From Trichoplax adhaerens (lineage: Eukaryota; Animalia; Placozoa), in assembly GCF_000150275.1 (NCBI RefSeq), contig NW_002060944.1, positions 8,890,159 to 8,954,158 of the forward strand: a stretch of DNA of 64,000 bases, in the 5' to 3' direction. The position numbers were made by a program, and so were the translations under genes. This document shows, piece by piece, positions 15,001 to 27,775 of the stretch. The notes below the pieces were generated by a model that worked only from the letters and a program-made list of their open reading frames with translations, was not told the origin of the DNA and searched no databases. Numbering within the stretch: the stretch's first letter is position 1; every line of letters begins with the position of its first letter.

Positions 15001-18000
15001 AAATGATGGCGGCGATTAAGATTGCCTAATTACTTGTGATTATTCACTCCTATATCTATTAATATTTGCACTAAAGACTATGACTAAACTAAATTAGCCA
15101 TTAATTTTTTATCGAAATACTAAAAATACTGTGTTTTTTTAAAGACTGACAACTCAAAAGTATTTAGTTATTCGTACTTATACTTGCACGTTATAAATAT
15201 TACTATGATGCCAATATTATTGTCATACATTCACATAAAAAAATATACAGTTGAAGGCTTTCTTTCGTAAATCTTAATAATTTTATCAAAAAGGTCTAAA
15301 AGATAGGTGCTTAACTTACTATAGCAGGACACGGCAAGTCGACGACTACAGTGGAATGGAGATTGACTTAACCTTCCGTAATTGCATTGAAACAATGAAT
15401 GCTCGTTTCCTTGGCAATTTGGATAGCTCATGGTGAAATAGGTCGAATACCCATAGTAGGAATCAACATAACTGATATCTCTGTATCCAGTTAGATGACA
15501 TATAACTCGTCCTACACTATAATAGTTGATAGAATCAACGCAAATATATCCCCAATAGCCGCTTTGGTATATTTGCGGAGTATTTCCATAAAGACGAATC
15601 GATCCATCTTCTCTATAATCTGCGAAAGAAAGCTTAGCACTTAATATTTTGTAAGGTCTTCAATTGATCAGTCTAATTATTTTTGGAAATCGATAAACGA
15701 AAGTCAAACATACTATAGGAACACGTAGGTCCTCGATAGTCTTGCTGACATCTGCACGTAAAGTTTCTGTTATCTCTAACACAGACTCCATATCTACTGC
15801 AAGGATTAGGGTCGCATGGATCATTATAGTCTACACAAAGTTATATATTGTTTTAAGAAATTTAGCAGTACCGCATACAAAACAAAGCTAGAATAAAGTT
15901 TTTATAGATATTGTATGAAACAAAATAAAGTGAAAATATAAGTCCCTATCCGGACTTGTGTGTTAGTAGCAAATTACATACCTTCTTCACAGTTAACACC
16001 AGTGAAATTTAAACTACAGGAGCATCGGTAAGAATAAGTAGGAGCAATTTCAATACAATTACCACCATTTAAGCAAGGATTAGAAGAACATCCTAGTCCT
16101 GTTCATGATTGCATAAACGATTAAGATTAATACGTAAAGGAAGCTACCCACAAAATTAATAATTTTCTCAATAATTTCCCACATACTATATTCGCAATTT
16201 TTTCCAGTAAACGGGTACTTGCAATGGCAATGATAGTTCTGATTATTATAACTATTATGACATATTCCATTATTTTGGCAGGTATTTGGGGTACAGGCTG
16301 GTTGAACTGCAAGTAAAGAATGGTAAAATTACTAAATTTGTTATAGAATCGAAGTAGACCAAGTAATTGTGAATATTGATAAATTTCTCATTTAAAGCAA
16401 TTATTGTCCCACTTAAGCCTTACAGTTTTGTTCGCAAAATCTTCCGGTCGATCCGGATGGGCAAGTACAGTAGGTAGTGGCATAAGAATAATATTGATTG
16501 CAAACGCCGCTATTTTCGCAAGTCCTTGCTGTACAACTGCTTGGACAAGCTTGAGCTGCAAACGTAGTACGCAAATTTTATATACAATATCGAATTTGAA
16601 AAGTCATCACTGTACTTAGGGTTAGCTATTGAACTCATAACATTTCATTTTGCCTAGAGTTCTATTTAGATTTTAGCCTACTATATCAGATTTTAAAGAT
16701 ATTAACTTTCTTATTAAGCACAAACGCTTCATTTTATCACCAATATCTTAGCCATAATAATCAGTAAAGCATTATGTTGAGTTCCTAAAATCTGACCGTA
16801 ATTAAAATTCGTAAGTCTATTTTTGGCTAGCATTAATAGCGTTTATCAGGCTCACCTACTTTTTCATAATCATAGCTATAACGAGCATTTTTAAGAGCAT
16901 TACAAATAAGCAACTAAATGGCATTGATAAGTCTGAGTAGTATAGCAAGATAATATTTATCAAAATAATATGTATCAATTACGATTAGTATCGGCATGAA
17001 CTAATAACGAAAGTGTGAAACGTTAAGTGAGTTTGCTTTCCAAAATTCTCATAATATTGTTCTATAGCCATACTAGTAGAAAATAAATTTAATTTTACTT
17101 TCGCCTACCATTATTTATTGAGGAATGCTATAATTAAAAGTTTTTTTCGTAGAGCTGCTACATTCTTATTGATATCTGCGAATACTTAAGGTTGGTTATT
17201 TCATAAAACACTAGTCAGTACCTTGAAAACTTGTGGTACTATTATAACATTCTGGAACATTCATTCCTAAAGGACATTTACAAAAATAGGCAGATCCTCC
17301 TGTAACCTGATAGGAAATGCATCGGCCAGCTGTGCATGGATTGCTACTGCAAGGATAATCCGAGCCATCAATTGCTGTTAGCAGAAAATGAACCATATTT
17401 AATAAATGAACTCAAAAATTATTCAAGTATATCGACTATGCTAAGTTTATACTTTTATTTAATACAGTGTTAAGGATTTATGTCTAGAATTCTTTCACGA
17501 TTGTGTTGATAAGTTAACAAATTAATTTGAAAATAATTATTCATAGTAATTCATCTAACTTAAAAATTTGACTCACCAATTTGGCATGATTGTCCTGTGA
17601 ACCCTTGGTAGCATAAACATTTTTTTATGCTGTTGACTTCCAAACACATTCCTTGCATGCATAGGCTACCATTACAGCTTTGGAATTGTTCATCTACAGA
17701 GTGGATGTAAAGTATTTCTTAGCTGAAAAATTTTGCTACTTTTTGTTAATTGCTGTAAGCGCATGATTTTAATATTATTTGCCATCAGAAAAACTTTGCT
17801 CATCTACAGTATAGTAGCACATAATGGGTAACACGTCTGAATAGTTCATAATTCCATTAATTTCAACGTAACCTCAAATTTGCATATATACATTAAAGAA
17901 AATTTGTCGTAAATTTAAGATTGAAAATCAACTACTAGTACTGGCAATATCCTTTATCAAAATTCCGAAAATGCCGCATGCTTTACGAAAACTTATAATT

Positions 18001-19551
18001 CTGTGGCTATATAAAATGCCAAGGTATTTCTATTTCAAAAATCATTGTTTCCAAATTTTTATCATTACCATACGGAATAAAATTTATGTAATTTATTGAA
18101 GTAAGCCGCATAGGTGTTATTTTATAAGTTAATGTTTACAATTTTTTCGTCAGTATCACACCTAAGGTGGAATATCAGTTATCGACTTACCACTAGGTTC
18201 AGCCTGGGCGAAATTAATTGCAAGCTGATTGCACGTCACCAAAAGAATATGAAAAGCGAAATAATAAAACTTCATATTAGTTTTTTTAACTAGCTCAGAT
18301 CATCTAGATCTGTAACATTTTCAGGTACTCATTGTGTCTCTTTGAAGCTAGCATTATCTGTGTAATAATTGGTCAAAAAAAATGCCGTATAAATTATGCT
18401 AACAATTACTTGACAGAAATTTCTGACACTTGAAAGGTAATCTACTAATATTGGATTTAAGATCTTTCAAAAAGAAGTAAAAAATAGGGCTTTCTTGTAA
18501 TATAATAATATCTATATAATTATAAGTACTAATATTCTATAGGATCATAGTTTGAATCAACCTTATTGTCATACCAAAATTTGTCATTAATTGCAGAGAA
18601 GGTTGCTAAATGATACAAAAACTTAGATACAGAATATATCAATAATAGCATTGAAGCAATGAAGGACAGTAAATCACATTTAACTAATGAAATAACGTGA
18701 ATCAAGCACGGTTGAACACATTGGCTAATATTTGAAAGATGCTAAAGTGTAAACATTTATTACAATGTCGTAAACTGCTTCCGGTAAATATCTGAGACGA
18801 GTGACAAGAGCTTAAACTTCAAACTTAGAATGTATAATAAAAGATAAATCTAAAACTATTCCTTCCTGTAAATATGTTTGATAGCTATTGTACTGACTTT
18901 AAAAATTTAAGACATTAGCGCGAAACACAAAATAGATGAATCTTAATTGCTAGTCTATGGGATCGGTACATTTTAGTTCTAAATTTACTTTATCAAACAA
19001 TTAATAGCATTGTTACAAATTTGGTTGTAACGAACGCTTTGTTAACGCTTTAGTATCGCTAAGATTAGTTAATGATTATTAATAAATTACTTCAGAACGA
19101 CATAAGCTGATGAAGATAAATATATAACACCTAAATTGCATCGAGGGCTACTGAGTATGGAATATCCATTTAACATCTTATAAGCTACTAAAATTATTTA
19201 TATGACGCATTTACTTACTAAGTAAAATTTAAAGTAGACAGTGCTACATAAATTTTCTCGTATGCATTCGTGCATGTATCTCACTATTGAAAAATTATTT
19301 AGCAAAACGAGCTCGATTTTTATATCTAGCTCGAAAATCATAGAGAATGAGCATTGCAACTTTCGGGTAAGAAATTAATTGATATTATTAATCAAGAAAT
19401 TAAGACGAATAACTTTCTGAAAGCACTTAACTGTTGCTAAATGGCTTTAGATAAATAGGATATCATGCCGACAAAATAAATAAAATAAAAAGATAGCATA
19501 GAACAATCAACTTACCAAAATAGTTACTAAACACTTTATGACTGATAGCAT
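1..19551 (-). CDS. Large multi-exon SRCR/EGF/Ig mosaic protein (scavenger-receptor-like, secreted or membrane); 3' end lies beyond the window
   Basis: Exon 1 (19551-19516, [12 protein letters not shown]|GTAAG) plus exon 2 (~18225-18191, [11 protein letters not shown]) form a signal peptide. About 6 N-terminal EGF exons follow (17694-15714). About 13 SRCR domains (G-x-V/L-E/Q-V/I...WG-x-I/V-C...ACRQLG-type motifs) lie at ~15320-15620, 13690-14030, 12620-12950, 11680-12025, 11180-11515, 10405-10740, 9375-9715, 8490-8815, 7800-8115, 6350-6870, 5610-5925, 5160-5480 and 4010-4350, interleaved with EGF exons. Ig domains (C...W...Y-x-C) lie at ~2450-2775, 1190-1520 and 20-340, separated by EGFs. Modules checked are mostly flanked by phase-1 introns. 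Confidence 0.93.
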
Positions 19552-19699
19552 TCTCAGTCCTTTTGAATTGTTTGACGAAATCGCAGTGATTACAAATATT
19601 CTAATACAGTAGTTTAGATATATCTCGTGGAGTATACCTACAGTACTACATTCTTCGGTGTCGATGAATAAAATGATTTAGGAGCAGTTTCTTTGGCTA

Positions 19700-20080
19700 T
19701 TTTATAACAGAGATATACACGCCTTGACATGCGTAAACATGCCAGAGAAAGATTTAATATAATCCTCCCATATTTATCTAACTCGTAAGAGCTAACCAAT
19801 GATTATAATCATTTTAAAGTACAAGGTGCGGTGTATAATTACAACTCGTGACCCTTAATACATACTTTAGAAATTCCGCAACTTGAGTAGAATCGGCCTT
19901 AAATTTGCATAATTAAGAGCTCATACATCCTTTGAAAATTAGGTGTGCCGTAATTTTTTATTAATTGAAGTTTTATTTAAATCACGTGTTTGTCCTATTC
20001 GTAAAATATTTTTAATATCGCTAGGCAAATATTAACTTCATAGTTTGATTTTAACTATATACATCAGTGCAATTTGCATA
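19700..20080 (-). promoter_or_regulatory. Putative promoter of the SRCR/EGF/Ig gene
   Basis: TATAAAA on the minus strand at 19700-19706 (~150 nt upstream of the ATG), CCAAT at ~19796-19800, octamer ATTTGCAT at 19903-19910 and 20072-20079, E-box CACGTG at 19983-19988. The CCAAT box and E-box are retained in the duplicate copy. Confidence 0.5.
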
Positions 20081-23000
20081 TATTAGCATATAGATACAAA
20101 TCATACAATAACTGCGGTGATGTTGCACCTATGATTTAATGGGTCCTTTGTGGTATTGAAGTTTAGGAACGCAAAAAATTTCCAAGATAATCACCCTTTA
20201 GCTTTGCATAATTTGTTTGACTATTAATAGATTCTTAAACCGTAAGCCAGGAATAGTACTTAAAGGTCGTTATAATTTTTACGTAAACGCAGTGAACATA
20301 TTAAATTCATGAAGTAGCATGATCATAAACTGGAGAACTCAAAGTTCAGCTATAGCAGCTTCACAAAATTGGAGGCCTTAAAAGTAAAAATTTTGTTTTC
20401 TATTCCTTAACCAAACAATGTTCTCGAAATTTTTTTAATTTCGAATGATTAATGATAATTTTATAATTAAGATTAGCTCGAAACATTAGAACCTTTTGTG
20501 AAATTTGTTTAACCAAGAACAGATTCTTAATTAACCATCAAAGGAATAATACTTAGAGGTTATTCACATTTTTATCTAAACCTAATTAGTATAATTACAG
20601 TCATCTTGAGGAGATGCCATATAAACAGCCACCAAGATATTATACTCTGTTAACTAATAGAAATACCTATGTCATCCTCATAAAAATGTCTAATCTTTTG
20701 TTTGAAATTAAACGTAGAGAAAGGTAATATAATAGATTATTTAAGTTGTCTCTGTCCTTCTAACATATTAGGCGTTACAGTTGGAAGAATCATTTCTAAT
20801 TATAATTATATGCATTCCTTGGAGAGGTGGTATCAAGCAAACGATGCTACTGCTCTAGCAAAGGCTACTTTAAAATTTTTAGAGCAGTTATTAATGATAA
20901 CATTAAAATAGTCATTGTGAGTTCGATGAGTTGGCACTAGCGGACTTCGCTCCATTTCAGAGAATGACAACAAAGATGTAAGTAGAAAAATGGATAATTT
21001 ATGATAAATAATAACCGTGTGCAACGTGATAGTTACTATAACGCAGCGTATAAGGTGTCGTGAAGTAATAGGAGAAAATACTAACACAGCGATTATTACA
21101 GCTGACAAAGTCTGAGGCAGATATCGTTAGTATTAGAGTTTTAGAGACAGCACGCATGCAGAGAATAAGATTGTAAAATCACTGTAACTATAACATACCA
21201 ATATCCTATTACAATCTATGTGATGCCAAACAATTATCGAAAATAGCAAAGACTGCAGGAGTATAAGTGCTGTAAATAACTAAACATGCAAGCTGAATTT
21301 GAATATAGTACAATAAGACTGCAATTGGATCTATATTTAAGAACGATATAAAATGTCTATATATAAGAGCTTATTCGAGTTACTGTACGATCTGAATACA
21401 GTACAGACATGGTCGCAACTTTTTAGTAATCATTACCTATTGTATATATATAAATGTATAGGACAAGGTAAACTTTGTACGTTGCCGTTACTGCAACTCA
21501 TTAATTTTTAGCGAAAGAAGAGTTTGTAGCTAAGGATATGATGAAAATGAGAATTTGCTACAAGTACGTGAATACTATTTAAATTTGAATGTACTGTAGA
21601 ACATGGAAAATAGTGAAAAAATGGAATGACTCCAAAAGGTAAATGAGATATCTCAATTTGGACTATTCATCTAATGTTATACTTTATATTCTAAAACTTT
21701 ATATATTTCATAATATTGAAAGTTAGCTTTGTTCCTTTAAATAATTATTTTACACTTATAGACGACTTATTAATTACGAAAATAACTGCGGATAATAAGT
21801 TTACTGAACTTCTTCAAGGTAATGATGATCTTGATGACCAAGAGCCTTATAGACGGATGAGTGACTGTATGTTCGATGTTGAATAATGCAATACTCGTCG
21901 TAAAAGATTTCGTTAATATTATAGACGAAACAAGATTTTATTCGTGATTATATAGGTCCATGAAATGTATATGCTTTTTCAGTCAATGATGTAGAAAGCA
22001 ACCTATTGCATCCAGTAGAAATTATTAAATTAGATGTGGAGGTTTAGTCTTACTTTATTTTTCCTTCATCAAGCTTTAATATTGATACTTGATAACGCTT
22101 AGTTTTAGAATAACTGGAAAAGTATCTTATTTCTATAAAACTTTTAGAGAATGATCTGATTAGATTTCTAGAAATAACTGCGTTCAGGTTGCTAATTTCT
22201 TTATGGGTATAACTGTAAACCACTCTTAACGGTCTTATGAATAAGTTATAACATAAAATCTTCTAGCAAAGCGTATAGCATTAGTGTTATTTCTTTGCAT
22301 AATTGTCGCTGATTCCAAAACAATTTAAACTTTGAATTTAAATATCAGAATTTCATGCGTGTTACATTATTTCAGCAACGATTACAATATTTTAAATTTG
22401 GGTGATCAATGCAACCTAACTCTAGTAAAGGACCATTGTAAAACTTATAAAAAATATACTATGATATATAATAGCGGTGCTTTTATGGTAGATGTATTAG
22501 CTTACCTGGCCAATCGTCCTTTTCTATATGATATAGTTAGTACGACTTTAAAATCTACTTTTAATTAAAGTGATTAACTAAGATTATTATTTAATTTATT
22601 AATTGTATCTGCTTTATATAGCAAAAAGAATACAGAATATAGCGAGTAAAACTTAATGACTAAGCCACAGATACAGAGTGCAATTAAAATACCACTTAAC
22701 TATAGTGTTACCGTGGAAATTATTGTGGCGTTAGAATAAATTAATAACAAAAAACAAAGAAAAATAAATTGATACATTAATCACCAACTATTTTTGCTAT
22801 TTTAAAAGCGGCTAATTTTGGTCAACCAGCAATATCAGATACAATCTAAACAATTAAAAATTTACGGTTTTAAAAATTCTGTTACCTCGCTTGCATGTTA
22901 ATGTCGCAAATTTACTATACAGGATATCTCCGTTTACTCTATAATCCCTAAAGATAAAGAAATAATTAAAAAACAGGCTTAATATTAATGGGATCTTATG

Positions 23001-23471
23001 GGTTACCGTACTAAAGAATGGGCCCAATATCGTCATATTCGAATATAGCTTTTTCTTGTTACCATTGCATCTGAGAATATAAGCCGCCAACATGACGACC
23101 AAAAAGACTTCAGCGGAGCAAAAAGCAATATCAGAAATGGATGGAGCTATAAGTAAATTTTATCAGCCTTAAATTATTGCTGTAAAATAGGAACAAAGTC
23201 TGTTTATGTTATCAAATTAAAGCTAAATGCAATCCTATAAAGAAGACAAAACCGATAAATGAGGATACTAAAACGAGTATATTGAACCTTACTATTTGAT
23301 GCGGTGACTGCACTTTGGCGATTTTTCCCTTGAAAACCTCCTGGATAATTACAGATTTAAAATACAACATTTTAGAGTTATTTATACTTAAACAAAGCAA
23401 ACTACTGTAGATTTTCGTTAAGATACGCTGGAATTACAACCAGGCCGTTGATTTTAATAACGGTATAACTA

Positions 23472-24470
23472 TTATACAGTATTTATGACTGATAGCATTC
23501 TCAGCCCCTTTGAATCGATTAACGATTTTGCTGACACTTACGAATATATAGATGCAGTAGTATAGATACATCTTGTGAAATATATCAATACGAGTATTAG
23601 CGCACCCTTTGACATCACTGCATAAAATGATTCAGCAATAAGTTCCTCAACTATTCTATAATAGAGCAGTAAATGCGTTCAGTCCATAAGCATCCTAGAA
23701 AATAAAATAATGTAATGTTCCTATGTTTATTTAACCAAAAAAGGCTAGCCAATGATCATTTGAAAGTCTAGGGTGTGATGTACAATCAAACTTGTGGTTT
23801 CTAATGAATATTTTTAAAACTTTCGTAAATTGAATAGAATCAGCCTTAAATTAACATAATTAAGAACTTATTCTTCTTCGAAAAGAAGGTGCGTGAAGCG
23901 CTTCCTTAATGATTAAACTTCGGTTTCATCACGTGTTTGACGTATAAATGAAATTCATTTTGATATCGATGAGCTAATATAAACTTTTCAGTTCGGCTTT
24001 AACTTCAGAGCAATTTACATATATTAGCATATACATAGATACAATGGTATCACGCCTTTAATTTGATGAGATCTTTGTAGTACTAATAGTTTGGAATGCT
24101 AAAAGCTTTTTAAGACAATCATCTTTTGGTTTTGCATAATTTTCTGGACTACTTGAAGACTTTTAAGTAGCAATCAGGAAACAATACTTAAAAGTTAATT
24201 AAAATACTGACGTAAACGTAATCAAAATATTTCAAATCGTGCTAAAGGATTATCATGAATTTAGGGAAATTTAAAGCTGGATTATGGTAACTTTGTAAAA
24301 ATGAAAGCCTTGAAATATAAAAAATTTCTTTTCTTTTTTGTAACTAAATGCTTGCTCTATAAATATTCTTTCAAGTTTCGAACAGCTTTCATTAAAATTT
24401 ATATTTTAGTTTAACCGAAAACATTAGAGCCAATCTGTATAATTTGTTTAACACTAGTAGTTTCCTAAGT
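23472..24470 (-). pseudogene. Decayed duplicate of SRCR gene exon 1 plus ~1 kb of upstream sequence
   Basis: Colinear similarity to ~19530-20520 (e.g. TTTATGACTGATAGCATTCTCAG, AGAATCRGCCTTAAAT, ATCACGTGTTTG, AAACATTAGA...AATTTGTTTAAC). The ATG at 23498 reads MLSVINTV* and the GTAAG donor is lost. Confidence 0.8.
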
Positions 24471-25773
24471 AGCTGAGTTTGCAGTCATGACTATCTATCT
24501 ATGACACAATATTGCATAATAGCATTCCTGTAGATTGAATTTAAGTTGGAACCAGATCATGCATGCTTTATAAAGGGATATTGGCAGTCAAATTATGCTA
24601 CTATCTTTCGATGTGAAGTATATTTTGCCGTGCAATAAGAAAATGGAAGCTTACACTAAAACTTATTTGCAAGCTAACTAGGGTAAGACTTCGACAATGG
24701 ATCTTGAAGATGAATAATTAGGATCCGCCATCGGAAAGTTATAACTGTTACTAGCGGTTACATAAGTTGTGATGATTTTACTAGTCAGCGGTTACAAGAT
24801 ATCACACAGTAGTACCAGCACTGCATTGTATGGTTCGGGAGTCAATAGTTCTAGATATTAATTTGCTCAGTAGGGTATTCCTATAATTTAGACTCATATA
24901 AAACGAAAAGAAAGGATCGATAGGTATTCTTTTTTGGTTAGGCTAGCTAGACTGCATTGCTATTAAGGATGTGATGGCACAGTTTGTATTTAAAATATCA
25001 CAATCGTTGTAAGGACGATCAATGAACGTAATTGTGTTTAACCTTGTATACCTGTATTGAAGTATACTTGATTTATGCGAATGATAACCGGAGTAGCGTT
25101 TGAGCTCTTGTTTTGTTGATGTTAAGGTATTTATTAATTTATGTTATGTGCATATCATGGTGTTTGTTAGTAATACAATGCTTAATGATAGTATTAAGCA
25201 TTATCAAGAATTAGATATGATTCTTTATACAGTGTAATTGTCTTTAAATAGTAAGTTATACTTTAATATGACTGCATAAAATAGACAGCACTTCAGGCTG
25301 TGTAAGATAAGCTAGCTTAGAGAAAACTAGGTAAATTGTAATGTTTTTGATTTTAGATTTGATCTTGTTACTCGTTGGTCACGTATCGACTTTATTTTAG
25401 TTTTGAGCACTCATTGGTAACATTTAATTTTTCCTCATAGACTAAATTGGATCAACCGCTGGATATACGATTCTAAGTACTATTCCTTAGTCTATTGCCT
25501 GACCCTAGGGAGAGCTAAATACGCAACATACACGTATACTTGTCATTGCGTTGAATTCACTGCATTTATTGAAAAATAGTTGACTTATGCAAATCCTAGA
25601 TGGAGTACACACAGTTCGGTTCTAATAAGAACTAAATACATACTCTAAAGTTATCAAACAATATCCAGTTTGGGCTACTAGACAGGTAAAATTCGAATAT
25701 CCATAGTTTAAATGCAAGAGGTTCAATGGAACAAATGTAGAAAATAGGTACAAGAAAGGTTGAAACTACAGTA

Positions 25774-26406
25774 TCTATATATCTATTGATTTCAATGATA
25801 CATATCGATTACAGTTCTATATGTGGCAGTTTACGTGTACATAATATACTATACTATACTGTATAAATGCGTGTATATTGTTGTAATGTTAGTTCTGTAA
25901 TTGCGTTACAGTTTCCGAATAAGAGTATGTAAATAGTACAGTATTAAAGTACTGGGTTCGCCGTTATTTTCTGAGATTATTAAGTTTACTTTTCTCCTGA
26001 GAGATTATAAGTTTTGCATCATCAGGCAATAATGTAGGATCTACGCGTATTGCGTCACACTCAATTGTCAGATATGGGCAGTGTAGTAACTAGAGAAATC
26101 AATTATTAGTTAACCGAAATTGTCATATTTGTAGTGAGTTAATAGAAGGAAGATCTTAGTTATCCGATAGTCGTAGTACCTCGTGAGCTACCCCAGGTCC
26201 ATCTTATCAAGAGATACCGAACGGTAACATCTGTATTGAATATTGCCTATACTCACAGTATATACTGCATAAAGAGTGGATGTCTACTAGTTCTAATTCT
26301 AATTATTATCAAGCCATATTCATGCGATTGCACGTGTGCCATGTTGTTATACTCTATTACCTTAAAATTGCACTATATCCCGTGAAATTTCCACGGGTTT
26401 CTCTAG
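25774..26406 (+). mobile_element. Candidate non-autonomous Helitron
   Basis: 3' hairpin CCCGTG-AAATTTC-CACGGG (26379-26397) followed 5 nt later by CTAG|T (26403-26407). Candidate 5' end A|TCTATATATCTAT at 25774, giving an A|T insertion site with no TSD. The 5' end is less certain than the 3' end. Confidence 0.5.
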
Positions 26407-26719
26407 TAATGAATTGATTCATATTGAATCAAGACTGTAATTTCTATTCCGTACAACTACAGAAGAAACACACGAAATCTACTTTAAACTCAATCATGCA
26501 TATCCTCTTGTATGATATCCGATTGCACTTGTGGATCGAGAAACACTGATATTATCAGAGTTGATCCACATTGATACTTTGCAACAGAGCAACGAGTTGC
26601 ATTGAATTTCAAGGCAAGCGATAACTAGAGCCGTTCCTGGCTACCCGTAGCCTGGAATGAGTCACCTGAGAGAGCGTAGGGTGACAACGTCACGAGTTAC
26701 TCAGTTGGGAACGACTGCC

Positions 26720-27270
26720 TGCTATACAGTACAGTACAGTGTACTGTATACTGTACGTACTGTACTGTACACTGTACCGGAGATACTGTAGTGATACTGT
26801 ACTGTACTGTACAGGACAGGACGGATCCAGTACACTCTTGCTACTGTCCTTTTTACAGTACAGTACAGTACAGTACTTCAACAAGACTGTGCCCGAGCCC
26901 GATAAAACCCGATCAAATTGTTGATTTTCGAATTATCCAAACACTGTATCACTATAGAGATTCTTAACCCGAATCCCACTAATGTCGGGTTTCGGTTGAC
27001 TTTTCCAAAGACACTACTGTTACTGTATAGATACTGTACTGCACTGTACACTCTTGCTACTCTCCTTTACAGTACTTGAACAAGACTGTACTCGACCCGA
27101 TAAAATCCGATCAAAATTGTTGATTTTCGAATTATCCAAACACTGTATCACTATCGAGATTCTTAACCCGAATCCCCCTAGCGTCCGTATTTCGGTTGAC
27201 TTTTCGAAGGACACTCTGTACAGTACATTGTACTGTACCGTACTGAACTTTGTACTGTACTTTGTATTGT
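26720..27270. repeat. CAGTA/TACTG pentamer-rich block containing two direct copies of a ~130-bp unit
   Basis: Runs such as TACAGTACAGTACAG and TACTGTACTGTAC. The unit AACAAGACTGT...CCCGATAAAA.CCGATCAAA..TGTTGATTTTCGAATTATCCAAACACTGTATCACTAT.GAGATTCTTAACCCGAATCCC...TTTCGGTTGACTTTT occurs at ~26880-27014 and ~27079-27214. Confidence 0.9.
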
Positions 27271-27775
27271 GTAGAATAGTCACGTCCCACATTGAGAGAT
27301 AAAAGACAGACCAAGATAAAACTTGTCTTTTATCTGCGGCCACAGGACAAAATTGGCTAATATCAATAAACTCTTACACGTCCTCAAAATCTATCAAGTT
27401 TTCCCAAAGGCTTGAATAACTGTCCAAAGGACGAAGCTAGTAGCCATTAAGAATATCGCGATACTTCAAAAGGTATTTCTCGATCATTTTATCAGATTAT
27501 TTGCAAGAGGTTGAGTATGGATGTGGTCATCCTTCGTCATGACGATAAGCTCATTTTGCCATTGGCTGGCAGTATCAGTAATTGGGTGAAGGAGACCGGA
27601 TTGTATTGTACCGTATGCGACCTATTGAATAACTTGAAAAGTCGAGCCGAAACCCGAATTTGAACGTGACTTTCGGGCATTCGGACTCAGAATGTCTGTA
27701 GTGATACAGTGTTTGTATAGCGATTGCGCGTATTTCGGGTCCGAAAATCAACCGTTCCATCGGGTTCGGGTTGCG
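27079..27775. mobile_element. Long imperfect inverted repeat (MITE/foldback-like)
   Basis: The reverse complement of ~27635-27772 (ACCCGAT..GTTGATTTTCG..CAAACACTGTATCACTAC.GA.ATTCT..CCGAAT..TCGGGTTTCGG.TCGACTTTTC) matches the 130-bp unit at 27079-27214 and 26880-27014. No TSD identified. Confidence 0.55.

Noticed and set aside
3951-16619. Plus-strand ORFs (3951, 4652, 5298, 9888, 12698, 14272, 16404) and off-frame minus ORFs
   Set aside because: They are antisense or alternate-frame shadows of SRCR/EGF exons.
20702-23400. Hydrophobic short ORFs read as membrane proteins
   Set aside because: Expected by chance in AT-rich DNA; non-ATG starts and no motifs.
26629-26716. tRNA, tRNA-Sec or hammerhead ribozyme identity for the GC-rich hairpin
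   Set aside because: No TTCRA T-loop or D-loop GG pattern and no CUGANGA/GAAA core; kept only as an unidentified structure.
26690-27343. ORFs rich in YCTVL/STVQY
   Set aside because: These are translations of the TACTG/CAGTA repeats and are not credible proteins.
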